DNA of 64,000 nucleotides from Amoebophrya sp. A120 (Eukaryota; Protista; Dinoflagellata), in contig CAJINV010000004.1 of the NCBI GenBank assembly GCA_905178155.1, positions 1,874,391-1,938,390 on the forward strand, written 5' to 3'. This document shows, piece by piece, positions 58,047-64,000 of this stretch (its first letter is position 1; every line of letters begins with the position of its first letter). The notes under the pieces were generated by a model. That model saw nothing but the letters and a program-made list of their open reading frames with translations, searched no databases and was not told the origin of the DNA. The position numbers and the translations under genes are program-made.

Positions 58047-59165
58047 CTTGATGCTGCTGTGCTTGGTGTGGCAAGTAAAATCACTCCGCTACGGTTCTTC
58101 GTGAATCAAGAAGTTTGTGACTGTCAAAAGTTTTTATTCCTTCTGGCGCATCTCCAGAAAAAGATTGGGGCCCATTCTAATCCGACACGCATTTAGAAAA
58201 ACGTCCAAAAACACCTACACCACTCTCATTTTCTACATCCACATAAGGTTTCAATATCAATGCATCATTTTCTACATCTTCATAAGGTCTCTCATTTCCA
58301 ATTTTCACTCGTTCAGAATTCTCAAACACGCGAAACTCTGGCTGACAACGACTAGAGCGGGAGGAGTTGCCTTGTGCTATAATCAAATAGAGAGAGAGAG
58401 AGATAACCTGCATAGGTGAACTAGGCAGGACAGTATACGACGAACATCACACAGAAGAACGCTGGCCTTGCTCCCGTCCAACTGCTAGCGTGATGCCTCT
58501 CCGCCCACCTCGCAGCGCCTTCAGAAATGGCCCGGCTGACTACTCTCGGGTCGGATGCTGCGTGCGGATGCTGCTTGGTGTTATCTTGTTGCCCTAGCCG
58601 AAGTTCTCCTTTCAGGTAGTACAAGCCTGGTAGAGGACGACGATCTAGACCGAAGACTAGAACGCCCCCCAGCTACCGCGAGGTTTTTAGTAGTCAGTTT
58701 GCGTCAAGGCCGGCCGGAAGACACTGGGATAGTTTACCTGTGGCCTTGTAGCCCGAGTCTGGTTCGAACCGTTCTACGCGCTGATGTCATCCCCCATGTC
58801 CGTGAAGAGTAAGGCGGCAAGTTAAGGGGGATTTGAGATGACGGGGAACTTAAAAAATAAAAGGCAATCGAAAGCAAACTAGTTCCCCGGCTCGACATGC
58901 GGCGGCGCTGCCCTTCCACGCAGCGCCCCGGCGAGCAGTTGACGGGGCACTCACTCACCGGACAGGCCGTCTCCCGCTCAGCGGCGTGGCGCGGCTGTTC
59001 TACCAGGAAAGCGCTACACATAGCTTTGCCGCTACTATTTCTATATTTTTCTTTCTATATATTTTTTAAGCTACTGCAGCGACGGACCTCGGCGGCGCAT
59101 CCATCCGGTGAGCGAGTCAGGGCAGTTTGTGCTGGACGCATATTGTTTCTGTTTTTTGACCGACG

Positions 59166-59186
59166 TGTGTGTGTGTGTGTGTGTGT
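59166..59186. repeat. (GT)n microsatellite
   Basis: About 10 consecutive GT units. Confidence 0.9.
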
Positions 59187-60545
59187 TTCTTCGTCAACGT
59201 CCTTATGTGTGCACCCATGTGAGACTAGCGCTACCGGGGGGCTCTTCCTGTCCCCCCGGGTCCTAATGTGTTTTGATTTGAAAAAGGGGTAGTATCCGTT
59301 CTCAAACAAATGGAAGATTGCTCTAAGTTGGAAAAATCTGCGATGCATGGCACGGGAAATTTATATTGCATACGCAGCGGGATCCTTCACCAAACTGAGT
59401 TTTGTCGTTCATCAAGTGATCGATAGGGTAATAATTCTATATGCGCACGAAGATCTTCCCACTCCAGGTGGTAAGGACCTGTGCTCCTGTCTTGCAAGCG
59501 AGAGATAATATGCACTAAAAAAAACGCTTTGGCTTTCTACATAATTCTTGTGCTTCTCAATAAATATATAACTCATAAAAGCCTTCTAGGGAAGGAACCT
59601 CCGTTCTTCATTTTACACGGCAAAGAACTGTTGATCCAATCAACTACCTACAAAATCCCGACGCAAGCAACTACCTACCTACCTTCATCTTCCGGTCACG
59701 AAAACAGAGAGTCTTTTCTTTAAGTAGTTTTAAGCATGAAAGTATAGCTATAGTATACATAGCATGTGACGATCTTGTCCCTAAACAACTTCTTCACCAG
59801 TGCAAGTGTGGGTCTGGGATACACTCGTTAAGCGAAGCCAACATGTGAAAACTTGAAGGCACGACCAACCACGCGATGAAAGCAATACTCAAGGATGTAC
59901 TTGCCGACCCATAACTGGCAGTAGCCTGTTCAAATTTTCGTTCAAGACAAATTCAAATTGTGAAACTCAAACTGTGCTATAATCAAATACTTTCTGAAGA
60001 AGCTGAAGCTTCATACCAAGGGACAAACTGAGTAACTAATACTTTGTGCTGTTTCCTGAAAATACTTTGCTTTCACTGCAGCTCGCACTCGCTGGCACAG
60101 ACGCTGCATCATCCATTCAGTTTTAGTATTTTCCTTTCAAAAACAACTCGTCTTCAGATGAGTAGATAGTCTGCGATTCAACTTGCGCGACGAAAAAGAC
60201 TCTGATAACTACCCTAGCTCCGGCTCTTGCTCAGTGATTTTGATTCGGGTTCAACGCTACTCTTACTGAGTGTCCCGTTCGTGCCTTAGTTGCTGAATGT
60301 TGCTTTGTAACTTTAGCTCTGCTTTGTTTTATTGAGAATTGCGAGAATACAGCTCGTCATGAAAAAAAAAGATAACACTATTTTATAATTCTAATTCATA
60401 TATTGAACCACATAAATTACAGGATGTGACGAAATATGGCGAGAGATGTTTGTTGTCTTTCTCGAGAAAGTCTTGTGCTGTTTGTTCAAATCCCCTATTA
60501 TTCTTAGTGGGTCTGTGCAAATTTTCTTTTTGAAAAACTTCTCAT

Positions 60546-63500
60546 TTACCCAAACATGCTCCGCGCGTGCGCCCCGAAGTTGCTTGGTCCCCGCTTGTCG
60601 AGCATGCCGGGCATGTTGGTGCTGCCTGCATTTCCGCCCACAATCCCTGACCTCTTGGACGCGGGCCCGCCAATGTTCGAGGCAGCTCCTGGTCCCATTA
60701 CGTTATGCCCTGCCGCTCCTCCTGGCATCATGGTCCCGGGCGTATATGAGAGCGCCCAACCTTCCCTCCCGCTGATTACTTATTTGTTTGGGCAAAACGG
60801 CAAATCTAGTTGTTGCCTTTTGGCACTGTTTGCCTGACACATTCCGGAAGCCCTCCAAACAGTACTACAACTGACTTCTCAGGCCGATGCTCCATGTGCG
60901 CTGGTGTTCGCTCCTCTTGCTGTTTTTTCCCTTCAAATCTATCAAATGGAGGGGGGTTTGTGCACTCTCATAGCATGTTGTTCGAGGCCATGAATTTGTG
61001 CTGCGGTTGCGGGTTGTTTCTGTTCATGTTGCCACCACCCGGCATATGGTTCCCGCCTCGATTTTATCATCGACAAATGCGTCTGCGTCTCCTGGAAGAT
61101 AGCGAGATATTTTTGGCATGCCTGGCTGACATCAGGCGTTAAGCAGCTGTCGTGCGTATTGCGATACTTACCAAGCCATTTGCGTGTCATGCAAAACGGA
61201 CGCGCTCTGTTCTATCGAAAGACGGCAGAAGTCCTACTTAGTCACACGTCGGGAACCTGTCATCCCCTGCTGGCACTGTATCTTCGCGACCAGCTGCTTC
61301 GCTTCCTCTCAATAGACATTTGCAGCATCACAACTTCCCAGACCCAGACGTGCTGCACGACTGGATAGATTGGCTCCACCTCCGCCGACGAACCCGGAAA
61401 GAGAATCTGGTTGGGCTATACCGGGAAAAAACCCGCTTCACCGTGGACAATTTCCATTGCAAAAGTGCCGTGACGACTATCGTGCTTGCCTTCTTGCCGT
61501 GTTGCATAAGCATAACTAAGAGGTGTCAAAAAACCGCCAATATAGAGCAACGTTCGGGACCTCACTACATCATGCGAGACAGATTTGCTCTGTCACTCCT
61601 CCGATGATCCTGCACTTGTGGTTGTGGGGGCCGACACGCATGACAGATTTTCGGTACTTATCGTGTCGTGGTCGAACGAATCATTGCGCTGTTGCGGACC
61701 GTCACAGTGAAACAGTATTTTTTCCAGCGGTATCGTTGCCAAGGTGACTGCCGGTCATCCCGCCTGCTCCGCCTCCGTAGGGGTTGAAGCTGCTCGGAGC
61801 ATGATCGCAAGAAAAAACTCGGTTTCGCTGTGTCTGTGAACTTGTGATGCATGGAATGAAACATAGAACGCTACACACGCAAGACAGTGAGTTTTTAAGT
61901 AGTGTCGAAACTGTTTTTTCGTTCGATAAGCATCGCCGCTTCCGTTTGGGGCATTCATGGGATAGCTGTTCATTCCTGATGCCTATCCACTGCGAATATG
62001 TCTGGGTCTGGAAGATTTCAAGTTTGTCATGTTTGGGCGACAAGACAGAAAAGTCTATCATGCTTGTTGCGCGACAGCGCCACTTGTTTGTCACGCAACA
62101 AGGCACTTTGTCATGCGGATAACGCTAGACATAGTCGACCAGAAACTTGTCATCTGCGCATCATTGTCATTCACATTCGAACATTAGCATCACAACTTTC
62201 CGGATCCAGACATACTTGCATTTGATAGTGCCGAAGAGGAGTAGTGCGGCGTCGTCGTTCCGATTACCGTGTGGTTTCCGCCATTATTGTAAAACGACGT
62301 TTTCAGGGCGTTCGGGCCGCCACTCCCGGAGTTCATACCGCCGATGCTGCTGCTGTACGATCCACCACCTGCCCCATATCCTCCACCCGGATTATTGTAC
62401 GCCCCTGCTCCTCCGGTCGTGGAGGTGGCTGCGTTAACATGACTGGCGTTTGTTCCGTACGGGCCGCCAACGCCTCCCCGGTTCAACAGTGCCGCGTTAC
62501 TGTGGTCCACGTTCGTGTTTGACCCGAAGGCCCCGCCGCCGATGCCGCCTTGCAACGAGCTGTGCGGGTTGTAGGTGTTCTGTACCGGCGTCACCGCCTT
62601 GGGCTTATCAAAAGGAAAAATCCCCCCTCCCCATATCGAAATGGAAATCTGTGATGCAGGATTTGGGTACACAAATCGGATTTGTCTCGCAGTAAGGCAT
62701 CGCAGCCAGATCCTCGGCCTAGGTAGGGGCGTATAGGTCTAGTTGCTTAGCATTGCAAACGGGTGCCCCCTAGGCGCAACAGCATGCCAAATCGCTTTCA
62801 TAATGGTGCGGAAGCCTCTGCATCTGTGTTCTTGCAAGACAGACGCGATTTGTGACCTCAAATCAGCAACGCAAATTTCCGGAAACATACCTTTTCGATA
62901 TGGGGAGGGGGGATTTTTCCTCAGAATAGGGCTTCCGCACGCCGGCGGTGTCCAGCCCACCAACCGTCTTGTGCAGGGGGACTAGCTATCAAATGCAAAA
63001 ATGTGTGGGTCTGGAAGATTGCAGACTTGTCATGCATATTTCCCATGCCCCGCGAGGTCTGGAATGCAGGACCCAGCATGACAGATTCTGCAAGGTCTCT
63101 ATCATGCCTATCCTGTAAGTATGAGAAATTCCCGGTCATGTTGGTCAAAAAAGGACAACTTTTGGTGATCACGCAACGCAGATTTTTGTGTGACCCACAG
63201 GGCGCATCACAAATTCCACCCTCCCAGACCCAGACATTTTTGCAGTTGATACTAGCTGCACGCCGGGGTGGTACCGGCTCACGTTCAGATACCGCCGGCC
63301 GCCTTTCCCGGAGCCCGTGGACTTCCGGGTTGAGGGCCCGTTGTTGGCGTCGTTCTGGATGTCGTCCAGCAGTTGGTCGAAAAGCGAGCTGTTCTGCGTG
63401 TTGTGCAACGAGGACGCCGGGTTGTTTGCCTGCTGGCCCCCCGCCGCGTTGAAGCCCTGGGAATTGGTCGACACCCCAAACTGGCTCGTGTTCGTGGACC

Positions 63501-64000
63501 GCCCGTGCCCGGACCCGCGCGACTTTGCGGACAACGGATTGCTCCGTTTGGTCGTCGACATGATCGGGTGCGGATTTTGCGGTCCTCCGGGTCCTCCTCC
63601 GGGGCCGCCGTTCGAGGTGGTAGAAGCATTCAGCAAGGGGGAAAACAGATTGTTGTCTATCCTTTGTAAAAACGTCCGCACCCCAGAGTTGTCATGCAGA
63701 TTTGCACCGACAGGAACATTTGCGATGCGCATCACCATGAGAGGAATTTCTAGTCGTGTTGTGGTATTTGTAATGCTGTAACCAGGATCAGCAGACGGAT
63801 TTGTGATGCGTTTGCCCTTGCTAACCTGCACTACACTACGGACGGCAACTTGTGATGCATGAGTCCCAAAACTTCTAGGTTTGTGTTGCAAAATCCCCCA
63901 TCTTGACTATGGGGTGGGGATGTTTTTACCCAGGATATTGTCCGAGTCCCCCGTATCGGACGAAAAAAGGGATTGCTCTTCACTGTCCTAGTCCTGTAAC
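60546..64000 (-). CDS. Part of a multi-exon G/N/S-rich low-complexity protein gene (begins beyond the window; 3' end uncertain)
   Basis: Minus-strand ORF pieces 63657-63252, 62986-62929, 62605-62228, 60546-60731 separated by introners with 5-bp TSDs. Confidence 0.55.
61065..61367. mobile_element. Introner family A-like, degenerate
   Basis: Right end CCAGACCCAGAC...GGATA; TSD GATTT/GATTG. Confidence 0.65.
61984..62227. mobile_element. Introner family A
   Basis: Family A TIRs; TSD ATGCC/GTGCC. Confidence 0.87.
62606..62928. mobile_element. Introner family C
   Basis: Family C TIRs; TSD GGGCT/GGGCT. Confidence 0.92.
62987..63251. mobile_element. Introner family A
   Basis: Family A TIRs; TSD CTAGC/CTAGC. 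Confidence 0.9.
63658..63937. mobile_element. Introner family G
   Basis: Family G TIRs; TSD TTGTC/TTGTC. Confidence 0.9.

Noticed and set aside
360-63890. Recurring ORF-track peptides (FQTQTFLHL, SNAKMSGSG, CKNVWVWK, IWGGGIFP, KYRTRI) as a repeated protein domain
   Set aside because: They are translations of introner TIRs in various frames, not coding sequence.

Overview
Eukaryotic, gene-dense window from a dinoflagellate-lineage genome: it carries a clear DVNP gene, and the non-canonical intron architecture matches what has been reported for the parasite Amoebophrya (organism assignment is inference). About ten multi-exon genes can be reconstructed by hand: DVNP, mitochondrial GrpE, a divergent CSN1/PCI protein, an aldo-keto reductase, a dienelactone hydrolase and several unknowns. 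They are interrupted by more than 50 MITE-like introner elements from at least 9 sequence families. Nearly all start TAT, end ATA, have terminal inverted repeats (TIRs) and a 5-bp target-site duplication (TSD), and share an internal TGTNATGC motif. Removing element + 5 nt restored the reading frame at every junction I translated, mostly without GT-AG. Several introners host nested elements: another introner in a TIR, a hAT-like MITE, a Helitron and a head-to-tail Helitron dimer. A 5'-truncated RTE-like LINE, with an unusual ~175-aa zinc-finger-containing insertion inside its RT, sits in a canonical intron of the hydrolase gene. All coordinates were counted by eye; splicing is inferred from reading-frame restoration, not from transcripts.
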